This document shows, one piece after another, positions 1-8,931 of a DNA stretch of 64,000 nt; position 1 is the first letter of the stretch; each line of letters begins with the position of its first letter. This DNA comes from an uncultured SAR86 cluster bacterium. GTDB taxonomy: Bacteria; Pseudomonadota; Gammaproteobacteria; Magnimaribacterales; D2472. The DNA lies in assembly GCA_902560315.1 (NCBI GenBank), contig CACELG010000002.1, positions 134,857-198,856 on the forward strand, in the 5' to 3' direction. The notes beneath the pieces are model-generated. The model made no database searches, had not been told where the DNA came from, and saw only the letters and a list, made by a program, of their open reading frames with translations. The position numbers were made by a program, and so were the translations under genes.

Positions 1-1316
1 ATCTCAAGTACAACGCTCACTTAAAATCTCATACCGTAAATCAAATGTTAAGTTTGCTTGGGTTTGGAATGATCGCTTATTCAATTATTGCTTTTAACAA
101 AACAACTCCTTTTCCAAGTTTATATGCTTTGATTCCAACCATTGGCACAGGGTTACTGATTTTATGCGCTGTTCCAAAAACTTTTATTCATAGATTACTA
201 AGCCTAAAATTTATTGTTGGGATCGGACTGATTTCCTACAGTGCTTATTTGTGGCATCAACCTTTATTAGCATTTGCTAGACATAGGACTTTAGGAGAGG
301 TTTCAGATTTGATTCTTATTAGTTTATGTTTGGCCTCATTAATAATGGCTGGGTTTAGTTGGAGGTATGTTGAAGGACCTTTTCGTAACCGAAAGAGGTT
401 CAATAGAAAAGTAATATTTAGACTGTCAGCAATTGGTATCCTATTATTTTCAACAATTGGACTGACTGTTCACTTTACGGATGGATTAGAACAATTAAAG
501 GTTCGTTCGTATTCAATAGAAGAGCGTAGAATTTTCGATATCGTTAAATCAAATACAAATTATGATATATATGACCGCATGTATTCATCTAACTGTAAAT
601 TATGGGCAAAAGATGTTAGTGACCTTTCTTCTGCTGAATTTGATAAATGTTCTAAACTTTTTGGTGGACCACTTGTAGTTTTAGGAGATAGCCATGCAAT
701 GAATATATTCAACATTTTTGCTCAGTCTAATGCTTATGATTTTGTAGTTGGGTTATCACAAGGGGGTTGTAGACCACACACACCAGAACCATTCTGTCAT
801 TATGACAGTTCAGCTGATTTTCTTAGAGAGATTGCTCCAACTAAGCCAATGGTTGTTTATCATCAAGCGAGTTCTTATTTTTTTACTGATCAGAATGGCC
901 GGTATCAGCCTTCGACAAGCAATGAAGTTTTTTTTGACAAGGATAATGTATTAAAAGTTGACTCATATCTCAAATATTTAGCAGATTTTGATCTTAATGT
1001 GATCTGGCTGGGTGGTTTTACAGAATACGGCATCAATGCCAACAACTATCAAACGCAAATTAAAGAGTTTCCTCGCCATAGTTTTAGAGTTTTTGATCAA
1101 ATCGAAATAAGTGTTATAAAAACAATTGAAGAAAAAGGGGTGGCGGATTCATACAAATACATTAGTTTTAACGATTTTTACGAAATTGGAGAACAAGTTA
1201 TTTTTGAAGATTGTTTAATTTGGCGAGATAAAGATCACTTTAGTACATGCGGAGAGCAGCATATTGTACAAAATGCAGATTGGACTTTAATGTCATCCTT
1301 AACAGCAAATAAGTAG
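1..1316 (+). CDS. Acyltransferase-3 (OafA/YrhL-like) O-acyltransferase with C-terminal SGNH-like domain, 5'-truncated by window edge
   Basis: The reading frame is open from nt 3 to the first ATG at 45, so the gene continues upstream of the window. The TM-rich part carries LISYSAYLWHQPLLAF, typical of the acyltransferase-3 family. The soluble C-domain has an LGDSHA block. Confidence 0.8.
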   Translation, partial: LKYNAHLKSHTVNQMLSLLGFGMIAYSIIAFNKTTPFPSLYALIPTIGTGLLILCAVPKTFIHRLLSLKFIVGIGLISYSAYLWHQPLLAFARHRTLGEVSDLILISLCLASLIMAGFSWRYVEGPFRNRKRFNRKVIFRLSAIGILLFSTIGLTVHFTDGLEQLKVRSYSIEERRIFDIVKSNTNYDIYDRMYSSNCKLWAKDVSDLSSAEFDKCSKLFGGPLVVLGDSHAMNIFNIFAQSNAYDFVVGLSQGGCRPHTPEPFCHYDSSADFLREIAPTKPMVVYHQASSYFFTDQNGRYQPSTSNEVFFDKDNVLKVDSYLKYLADFDLNVIWLGGFTEYGINANNYQTQIKEFPRHSFRVFDQIEISVIKTIEEKGVADSYKYISFNDFYEIGEQVIFEDCLIWRDKDHFSTCGEQHIVQNADWTLMSSLTANK

Positions 1317-1441
1317 GGCATTAGCAGTTGTAAACATTACATAAATGGATTTAGATAATTTTTATTTTAAAATATGTGTATAAAAAAGTTTATACTAATT
1401 AATAAACGAGTAATTATTTAATTCAATAAGAGAGGATGTAA

Positions 1442-2107
1442 ATGGATATTAATACTTTAATAAAAGGCAGTGCAGATGCTTTAGCAACAGGTGGAACGAT
1501 ATCTTTTGGCGCAATATTACTTGCATTAAGTGTGTCTTTATTATGTGGCATTTTTATTTCATATATATATAGAACTCAATATCAAGGGGTGCTTTTTCAT
1601 CAAACTCATGCTACGGCATTAGTACTTATAACTCTTGTTACAACAATGGTAATAATGGTAATTAGTGGTAACTTGGTTTTATCATTAGGTATGGTTGGCG
1701 CCTTATCAATAGTAAGATTTAGGGGTGCAATTAAAGAACCATTAGATATTGTTTATTTGTTCTGGGCAGTTGGGGTAGGAATTGCAAATGGGGTTGCTTA
1801 TTTTTCTGTATCAATTGTTTCTTGTTTATTTATTGGCTTAGTTTTATTTTTTCTGAAAAGAAATACTGTTGATATGCAATCTAAATTACTTGTCTTAAAT
1901 TGTGATGCATCTGAAATTGATACTATATTAGACCACCTTAAAACAGCTTCTGGTCAAGTTAATTTAAGGAGCAGGTCTGATGACAATGATGAATCTGAGT
2001 TAGTGTTTGAATTAATATCAAATGATCATAGCTCTTCATTGGAAGATTTAAAGAAATTCGATGGAGTCAAGAAAGTAAGGTTATTAAATTACTCTGCTAA
2101 TAATTAA
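1442..2107 (+). CDS. DUF4956-type integral membrane protein (cassette A, gene 1)
   Basis: About 4 TM helices plus a soluble tail of about 80 aa. Core motif LSLGMVGALSIVRFRGAIKEPLD is shared with the paralogue at 8932-9603. AGAGGA RBS at 1431-1436. Confidence 0.75.
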   Translation: MDINTLIKGSADALATGGTISFGAILLALSVSLLCGIFISYIYRTQYQGVLFHQTHATALVLITLVTTMVIMVISGNLVLSLGMVGALSIVRFRGAIKEPLDIVYLFWAVGVGIANGVAYFSVSIVSCLFIGLVLFFLKRNTVDMQSKLLVLNCDASEIDTILDHLKTASGQVNLRSRSDDNDESELVFELISNDHSSSLEDLKKFDGVKKVRLLNYSANN

Positions 2108-2121
2108 ATCATAATAATTTT

Positions 2122-4842
2122 ATGAATATAAAAAAATCATTTATTTTTTTATTTATAACTATCATTTTTATATATGTTTTTTTATTTTTTGCACTACAAA
2201 ACAAAAATATATATAACAAATATAATACGTTTGAAAAAAAATACTCTTTTCTACCTAGCTTAGCTTTAATTGATAGAGGCTTTAATGAGATTAATATTTT
2301 TAAAGCAGCCATCAGAAGGGGAAATGTTGATGACTCAGATTCAGTAAATCTATTTCTTTCCTATCAAGATCTAATTTATTTTAGAGATTATTATTATCAA
2401 TCCTTAAATAACTCAACATTTTTACAGGACGAAGGAAATGAATGGAGGAAGGCCAAGGTAAGCATGCCTGATAATGATAAATTAAAAGCAAAAATTAAAC
2501 TTCATGGCACATCACAAACTCCACTAAAAAATTCTATGGGATTTGTAAATTCTGTAATTTATAAGGTTAAAGGATCATTATTAGATGATAAGGAATATCC
2601 TAAAAAATATTTGGATATTACCAATGGAGGATATGCATTTAAGATTAAGCTGAGTGATGAAAAGGTATTTGATGGTAAATCTAGAATTAATTTATTATCT
2701 CCACATGATGATTGGACAACTACGGGCAATGCTTTAAATAAATATATATTCTCACAAAATATAATAACTACTTATGGAAATTTTTATAATTTATTTGTAA
2801 ATGGAAGTGATATTGGGTTGTATCTTGGAATAGAAAATATTTCTAAAAGCCTTTTGGAAAGAAATTTTCAAATTACCAATTATGGGATTTTAAAAAATTA
2901 TGACGATTGGGATAAAGCATGGAGCATTCCCCACGCTTCTCCAACAATGTACACAGCACATGATATGGAACAATCGGGTGAGTTATTAACTCAACAAATA
3001 GCATTATTTCAATTAAAAAGATTGTTTGAGGCTATTGATGAAAATGATTTTGAGACTATTAAAATTCTAATAGACATTCATTATTTTGCTAAAGTTTTTG
3101 CTTCAATATTGTTAGTTGGAGACTTTCATCCCCTATATGGAGATAACACAAGATATATTTATGATTTTTCTACTGGAACTTTCAAGATTTCTTATAGAAT
3201 TGAAGGATCTCCCAAGAAAATTCATTATACATATGATGAAGATAATATAACTCTCTCAATGAGAGGTTATGGCCCACACATATTATTTCATAAACTATCA
3301 ACTCAAAGCTGGTTTAATGATTTAATAATTAAAAACTTAGTCAAAATCAAAAATGATTCTAGTCACATTATCAATATAATTGATGAGGAACATAGTGTTT
3401 ATAAATCTGTTGCTAACAAATCTCGCTTTCCATCTAACCATCTTACATATAAGTATTTTGATGAAAGAGACATAATTATTCAAAACCTAGAACTAATAAA
3501 ACTAATAACCAATAATAATCTTAGTATTAATCTTGATAACAGTTTAGAGAAAAGGAATCAAGACATAGACATTGATTTGGGATATGCAAAAACCTTCTTT
3601 AATATTGAAAAAGATAATTCTGATGAAATTTTTGTGAATGTTCTAAATGACTCACTCAAAGAAATTACACTATTATCTCTTACAAATTGTGACGGTGACA
3701 AGTTTAAGCTTGAAAGCCCATTGCAAGTTGAGCCTTCTGTTTATGATTTAGAATCAGGCATGATTATAAACAATGATAATTACATTTTTAAAATACCGTC
3801 TAATTATCATTGCATTAATAAAGCTGAGGTTGTCAAAAATGATTCAAATAATATGATCACAGATAAAAATATTTATTTTAACTATTCAAAATCCTTTAAT
3901 TTAGTTGAGAGTGATGGCCTGAATCAATTTGGATCTAATATAAGAAAAATAACAGATACTAAAGATAACTCAGTAACATATCTTATATCTAAAGGTACCT
4001 ATGAAGTAAACAAAGATATTATCTTTCCACATGGCGCAAGATTGATACTTGAGCCAGGTGCGAATATTTTGTTATCAGAATCAAAATCAATATTTGTGAG
4101 AGGAGATTTTTATGCGAAAGGAACCTCATCAGAACCTATAACTATAAGAAATAAAGATAACAAACCTTATGGAACTTTTGCTGTAAAAGGAACGACTTTA
4201 AAACCAAGCGAAGTTATAATTGAAAATCTTCTTTTAGAAGGTGGCTCTGAAGCAGTTATAGATGGTACTTATTTTAGCGGTCAGCTTTCTATACATATAG
4301 CGAACGTTGTCATGAAAGACTCAAAATTTTTTAATAGTTTTTCAGATGATGGAATAAATATTAAATTAGGGAATGTCGAAATTAGAAATAATATCTTTAA
4401 AGATAATTCAGCCGATCAAGTAGATTTAGATTTTGTAAATGGAGAAGTATCAGACAATACCTTTATTTATTCAAAAAATAACACAAATGTATCAACTGAT
4501 GGCCTGGATGTCAGTGGCTCAATATTAGAAGTCTATAAAAATAGTTTTATTAATATGACAGATAAGGGACTTAGCATTGGAGAGAAATCTTTTGTCAGCG
4601 TATACAACAATGAGGTTAAAAATAACAACATTGGAATAGCTCTGAAAGATGGGTCAAAGTTATGTTTAAATCAAAATCTATTTTCAAATAACGTTGATGA
4701 TATTTCACAATATATAAAGAAAAATATGTATAAAATGCCATCTATGAATGTTGATGAACAATATTTTACTAGTGAAGAAAATATCAAAGGCCAATGTAAC
4801 ATTAAAGAATTCATTGATAACAAAATATCTTCGTTGCTATGA
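2122..4842 (+). CDS. CotH-type atypical kinase family protein with N-terminal signal anchor and C-terminal parallel beta-helix (cassette A, gene 2)
   Basis: N-terminal K-rich stretch followed by one hydrophobic helix (FIFLFITIIFIYVFLFFAL). Central region resembles CotH (KAKIKLHGTSQ, SRINLLSPHDDWT, FVNGSDIGLYLGIENISKSLLERNF). The C-terminal ~230 aa (nt ~3994-4700) contain repeated PbH1-like turns (GNVEIRNNIF.DNSADQVDLDF, STDGLDVSGS, DKGLSIGEKS, NIGIALKDGS). Confidence 0.7.
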   Translation: MNIKKSFIFLFITIIFIYVFLFFALQNKNIYNKYNTFEKKYSFLPSLALIDRGFNEINIFKAAIRRGNVDDSDSVNLFLSYQDLIYFRDYYYQSLNNSTFLQDEGNEWRKAKVSMPDNDKLKAKIKLHGTSQTPLKNSMGFVNSVIYKVKGSLLDDKEYPKKYLDITNGGYAFKIKLSDEKVFDGKSRINLLSPHDDWTTTGNALNKYIFSQNIITTYGNFYNLFVNGSDIGLYLGIENISKSLLERNFQITNYGILKNYDDWDKAWSIPHASPTMYTAHDMEQSGELLTQQIALFQLKRLFEAIDENDFETIKILIDIHYFAKVFASILLVGDFHPLYGDNTRYIYDFSTGTFKISYRIEGSPKKIHYTYDEDNITLSMRGYGPHILFHKLSTQSWFNDLIIKNLVKIKNDSSHIINIIDEEHSVYKSVANKSRFPSNHLTYKYFDERDIIIQNLELIKLITNNNLSINLDNSLEKRNQDIDIDLGYAKTFFNIEKDNSDEIFVNVLNDSLKEITLLSLTNCDGDKFKLESPLQVEPSVYDLESGMIINNDNYIFKIPSNYHCINKAEVVKNDSNNMITDKNIYFNYSKSFNLVESDGLNQFGSNIRKITDTKDNSVTYLISKGTYEVNKDIIFPHGARLILEPGANILLSESKSIFVRGDFYAKGTSSEPITIRNKDNKPYGTFAVKGTTLKPSEVIIENLLLEGGSEAVIDGTYFSGQLSIHIANVVMKDSKFFNSFSDDGINIKLGNVEIRNNIFKDNSADQVDLDFVNGEVSDNTFIYSKNNTNVSTDGLDVSGSILEVYKNSFINMTDKGLSIGEKSFVSVYNNEVKNNNIGIALKDGSKLCLNQNLFSNNVDDISQYIKKNMYKMPSMNVDEQYFTSEENIKGQCNIKEFIDNKISSLL

Positions 4843-5561
4843 ATAATCAATTTAAAAGGGTTGAATATAAATATTTTGTTCCCTCAAAGTATGTAGATGA
4901 TTTAAAATTTTGTCTTTCAAAAATAATGCTAGAAGATAAAAATAATGAATTATCAAAAGGATATAAAATTACAAGCCTTTACTTTGATACTCCAGATGAT
5001 CAAGATTTAAATCAAAAACTTAATGGAGTGATTTATAGAGAAAAGTACAGAATAAGGATTTATGACAAAAATATGTCAATTGGTAAATTTGAAATTAAAA
5101 GAAAGAAAAATCAAACTATTGAAAAAAATTCTTTAGATTTAGATTTTGATGAAATAAAGAGTATTATTGCGGGTGATTATTCTCCTCTCAATAAAGATCC
5201 TGAATTTGATTATGTTGCCTACAGAATGAAATACCAAAAATATTTACCAAAAGCAGTTGTTGAATATTACCGACATGCATATTATCTTCCGTTAAATAAT
5301 ATTAGGGTAACATTAGATACAAATCTTTCTAATTATGGATTTAAAGACAATTTTATTAATATTAATAAATTAACACCAAACAAAATCAAAAAGTTAGGGC
5401 ATGATATTATTGAGGTAAAGTTTAATGATTCTATTCCAAGATATATCCTAGATGTATTATCTTCGTTTCCAATAAGACAGTCAGCAATTAGTAAATATGC
5501 TTTGAGCAGAGTTGATAGTAACTCTGAACCAAAAGGTGACAGTCCAGAGATACCCTTTTAA
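4839..5561 (+). CDS. VTC / triphosphate-tunnel (polyphosphate-polymerase-like) domain protein (cassette A, gene 3)
   Basis: Soluble 240-aa protein with alternating charged beta-strand motifs of the tunnel fold: VEYKYFV, SLYFDT, REKYRIRIY, FEIKRKK, IIEVKF, RQSAISKYALSR. ATGA stop-start overlap with the upstream CotH gene. Confidence 0.75.
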   Translation: MNNQFKRVEYKYFVPSKYVDDLKFCLSKIMLEDKNNELSKGYKITSLYFDTPDDQDLNQKLNGVIYREKYRIRIYDKNMSIGKFEIKRKKNQTIEKNSLDLDFDEIKSIIAGDYSPLNKDPEFDYVAYRMKYQKYLPKAVVEYYRHAYYLPLNNIRVTLDTNLSNYGFKDNFININKLTPNKIKKLGHDIIEVKFNDSIPRYILDVLSSFPIRQSAISKYALSRVDSNSEPKGDSPEIPF

Positions 5562-5598
5562 GCCATTATAATGCTGTATAAGTTAAAAGACGTTGCAG

Positions 5599-6312
5599 CT
5601 AATAAGATACTCTCTGAATTTGAGCAAGCGAAGAAAGAAACTTAGAAGACCTTACTTGTCTAAAAGGAAAATCCTTCATTAATTTATTTACTTTATTCCT
5701 TAGATCTGGATGAAATTTTAATTCAACTATCAAGAAGTCTTTTGCCATAAGCATTAAGTTCGATGCTACTTTACTATTACAATAAGATATATTTTTATCA
5801 ATAGTGAGCCTTATCTTATTATCACTATTAAGCTCATAATATTCTCTTTCATAATTTGTGAAGACTGTACTTAGTAATTTAAGAGAAGATAAGGTTAAAT
5901 AGTTATTGCACATTGAACCTATCTCATTTTGTATTGCTTCGACCCTGCATAAAAAATTATCTTTTTTATCAAACTTTATATCACCTATATTTACTTTATC
6001 ACTGAGACTATTAATCTTCCTTTTTACTTCAAAATTAAATACCTTTGAATCTGATAAGAAACCATCTAAGAAATTTTCATCCAACTCACCATACCATCGG
6101 GCTCTAACCTTAATTCTTTTCGATTCTCCAGACATATTACTAGATGCAAAATGATAATCTGAAGTATCAAAATATAACGAATTCACCATTCTGGGACTGT
6201 AGCTTTCTTGAAAAAATGAATGCCTGTATAACCAATCATAAAGTTTTGGCACATCCATAAAAAAAACTTTATATTTTATCTCCTGTCGAATACTGTCCTC
6301 TGAGAGTTTCAT
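5599..6312 (-). CDS. VTC / triphosphate-tunnel domain protein (cassette B, gene 3)
   Basis: Same motif series as 4839-5561, though strongly diverged: QEIKYKVF, SLYFDT, RIKVRARWY, FEVKRK, IVELKF, FRQVRSSKFLSSL. TAATG overlap with the upstream CotH gene. Confidence 0.7.
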   Translation of the reverse strand: MKLSEDSIRQEIKYKVFFMDVPKLYDWLYRHSFFQESYSPRMVNSLYFDTSDYHFASSNMSGESKRIKVRARWYGELDENFLDGFLSDSKVFNFEVKRKINSLSDKVNIGDIKFDKKDNFLCRVEAIQNEIGSMCNNYLTLSSLKLLSTVFTNYEREYYELNSDNKIRLTIDKNISYCNSKVASNLMLMAKDFLIVELKFHPDLRNKVNKLMKDFPFRQVRSSKFLSSLAQIQRVSY

Positions 6313-8918
6313 TATTTTTTCATTCTTCCTTGATATAGCTCGTCAATATTTATTTCAGAAATTTCACAATTCGTATTATTAACAATTAAATAAGTACCTT
6401 CTTCTCTAACACATACATTGCTTTCAAATTCGCCATTAACACTATATTCTTTCACCTCTAATTTAGTGTCACCCTTATAAAATGGCTTCTTAACATATGT
6501 CATAAACAAATCGTAGTCTATATTTTTAAGAGAAATATTTGACGCTTCTACGACGCTAGAGTCCTTAACTGCAATACCAGTTGCGACTGAATCATAAAAT
6601 GCATCATCAATATAAGCCAATGACTTTTCTCCCACTGAAAAAGCCTTATCTTTTATGTTTCTAGCATACATCTTTATTATTTTGAGATCTGAGCCCGATA
6701 TATCTAAACCATCTCCGCCAACATCTAAAAAATTTATATCTTTTATTGTGCCTTTGCAAAAGTCGCAATCAAATGCATCAGATGTAGCATTACTAATATT
6801 TAATCCACTTATATCAACATTCGCATTAATTATATTTAGCTGGTCTTCAGCATTCCCATTTGAAATAGCGACATTCACAAGTTTAAATGTCCCACCATAC
6901 CCATTAATCGAGCCCGTGTACCTTTTTAAAAGTGAATCAAATGTAGATAGATTATTAAAACTTGAATTTTGAATAATAGAAATTTGTTCGTTATCGTTCT
7001 TTATGTAGATACCACCAAATCCATTCCCATCAAAACTAACTGGATCTTTTGTTGTACCGTTAATAAGAACAGAAGAATTAAATATTAAATTACCACCTTC
7101 TCGAAAATTAATTTTTGTTCCAGGATTAATTATAGTTTTCTTATTAAATACCGTACTTTCATCAATATTAATGACACCTTTTAATATGCAGTGATTCTCA
7201 GATTTATTATATTGACAATAATTTTCAGTTGTTTTTGGAGAATCTAAATCATAATTTATTTTAGTCAAAGAATAAGTATTTGAATTAATTTTTTCCTTGC
7301 CATTAATTATAAATTTAACTGAAATAGCATCACTATGATATCCAAGAAGATTGGTTTTTATATCAATAAAGCTTAAAGATTCTGGCTTTGAAGGGGGTAT
7401 ATTTCTATCAATATTATTTTCTAAATTTCCAATGATTATATCTTTAGCTTTTATTTCATTTGCTAAAAGGTTAAATATCCTTACTGTGCCATCTGAAAAA
7501 TGAAAAATTTCGCTAACCTTATCGATTTGTTCAAGTTGCTCTGGAGTAATTTTGCTCATTTTAGTATTTTCAAAATCCAATGATGCAAGCAGATTAATCT
7601 TAGTTACAACTTCTGAAATGTTTTCGTTTAAATAAGATAAATTTTTGAGAATTGGTGTTTTGGTAAATCTTTGATCATTTAGAAAATATTTTTTCTTTAA
7701 ATTGTTGACATCATCAATTGGATTATTTTTTTTGAAAAAATTATCAAGTTTTATTAATTCGTCATAAAGCTCTTCTTTCTTTAAAGGATTATTTTTAAAC
7801 ATAATCCTATATTCGAAAGGCAAGTCTTTTAGACTATCAATATATTTTTTGGTATTTTGCCAATGTGCTTGGTCAGTCAATACTGGTTCAAGCCTTCTTT
7901 CATATGTATTCCAAACATACCATGCATTAGTATTATACAATGTGTGCAAACTGCCCCAAGCAAGCGCATAAGCAAGGTTCCCAACCATTATTTGCCGATC
8001 AAAGACACTGCCGTCTTTATTTGATAAAGAGAAAAAGATATGGCTGTATATTTCATTTAATATAGAGTTTTCTAAAACTATTTTGTCATTTCCTCTCATA
8101 CTTATAGTTATAGTGGGATCTGAAATAAAGTAATGTGGATAGCTGCCATTAATTCTTAAATGAGCCCAATCTTTTTGATTAGAAATACGAAAAATCCCTA
8201 AACGCTTGACATCATTAATTTCAATATACTTTTCATCAATTATTGGCTCTGCATTCATCACGCCCCAACTCTCACCATTTACATTGACGCTATAAAATTC
8301 ACTAGTATTAGCAGAAAGTCTCCCAAATTGTTTATTAATATCATGGAAGACAGCATCATAAGGGAATTGCCTTGCCCTTGGTTTCTGTATTGAAAATTCT
8401 TTCATGCCGTGAATGAAACCACCCTTTACATCAATTCTTAGGCTCATTCTTTTTACTGATGACCAATGATCTGCAAGATCACCTTTAAGTCTTACTTTGC
8501 ATTTGTATATCTTTATACCATCCGATACTTTACATGGTACATTCTTAGGATCTTCATTTATAGAATTAAGAAGGGCAGTTTCGCGGTCTTTTAGAATTTT
8601 TTCAAAATTTTTAAATTTAATAAATATCTTAATCTCTTTAATATTAGAATTTTCTTTTCCAATAATCTTATCAAATAAAGATTTAAAAAGATTAGATGCA
8701 GTAGTCCCTAAGTGCTTACCCTTTGAAATATCACCTTCGTCAGAAAGCTGTGAAACAGACGAAAATGATGGAGCAAAACTCTGAATCTCCTGCATTTCAT
8801 TTTCAAAAATTTTTCCAGGGTCTAACGAAGATATAATTAATACTATTGCTAGAAATGATAAGGTAAGAAAAATATAAAAATTTTTTCTTTTTGCCTTAAA
8901 ATTGCTTTTTTTTAGCAT
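6312..8918 (-). CDS. CotH-type atypical kinase family protein with N-terminal signal anchor and C-terminal parallel beta-helix (cassette B, gene 2)
   Basis: K/R-rich N-terminus followed by a TM helix (FYIFLTLSFLAIVLIISSL). CotH-like core: KCKVRLKGDLADHW, MSLRIDVKGG, YSVNVNGESWGVMNAEPIIDEKYIE. C-terminal beta-helix repeats (nt ~6530-7160): NIINANVDISGLNISNATSDAFDCDF, GGDGLDISGSDL, DKAFSVGEKS, ATGIAVKDSS. Confidence 0.7.
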   Translation of the reverse strand: MLKKSNFKAKRKNFYIFLTLSFLAIVLIISSLDPGKIFENEMQEIQSFAPSFSSVSQLSDEGDISKGKHLGTTASNLFKSLFDKIIGKENSNIKEIKIFIKFKNFEKILKDRETALLNSINEDPKNVPCKVSDGIKIYKCKVRLKGDLADHWSSVKRMSLRIDVKGGFIHGMKEFSIQKPRARQFPYDAVFHDINKQFGRLSANTSEFYSVNVNGESWGVMNAEPIIDEKYIEINDVKRLGIFRISNQKDWAHLRINGSYPHYFISDPTITISMRGNDKIVLENSILNEIYSHIFFSLSNKDGSVFDRQIMVGNLAYALAWGSLHTLYNTNAWYVWNTYERRLEPVLTDQAHWQNTKKYIDSLKDLPFEYRIMFKNNPLKKEELYDELIKLDNFFKKNNPIDDVNNLKKKYFLNDQRFTKTPILKNLSYLNENISEVVTKINLLASLDFENTKMSKITPEQLEQIDKVSEIFHFSDGTVRIFNLLANEIKAKDIIIGNLENNIDRNIPPSKPESLSFIDIKTNLLGYHSDAISVKFIINGKEKINSNTYSLTKINYDLDSPKTTENYCQYNKSENHCILKGVINIDESTVFNKKTIINPGTKINFREGGNLIFNSSVLINGTTKDPVSFDGNGFGGIYIKNDNEQISIIQNSSFNNLSTFDSLLKRYTGSINGYGGTFKLVNVAISNGNAEDQLNIINANVDISGLNISNATSDAFDCDFCKGTIKDINFLDVGGDGLDISGSDLKIIKMYARNIKDKAFSVGEKSLAYIDDAFYDSVATGIAVKDSSVVEASNISLKNIDYDLFMTYVKKPFYKGDTKLEVKEYSVNGEFESNVCVREEGTYLIVNNTNCEISEINIDELYQGRMKK

Positions 8919-8931
8919 TTATGGAGAAAAA

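Noticed and set aside
5562-5598. Looked for a bidirectional terminator hairpin in the 37-bp gap between the convergent VTC genes.
   Set aside because: Only imperfect 2-bp complementarity around GCCATTATAATGC. No stable stem or U-tract could be supported.
8906-8913. A8 homopolymer directly after the start codon of CotH-B (ATGCTAAAAAAAAGC), and the A7/T7 tracts at 2130-2150 in CotH-A, considered as slipped-strand phase-variation switches.
   Set aside because: The tracts encode the Lys/Phe-rich signal-anchor N-terminus. Tracts of this length are common throughout this AT-rich window, and there is no population data to show length variation.
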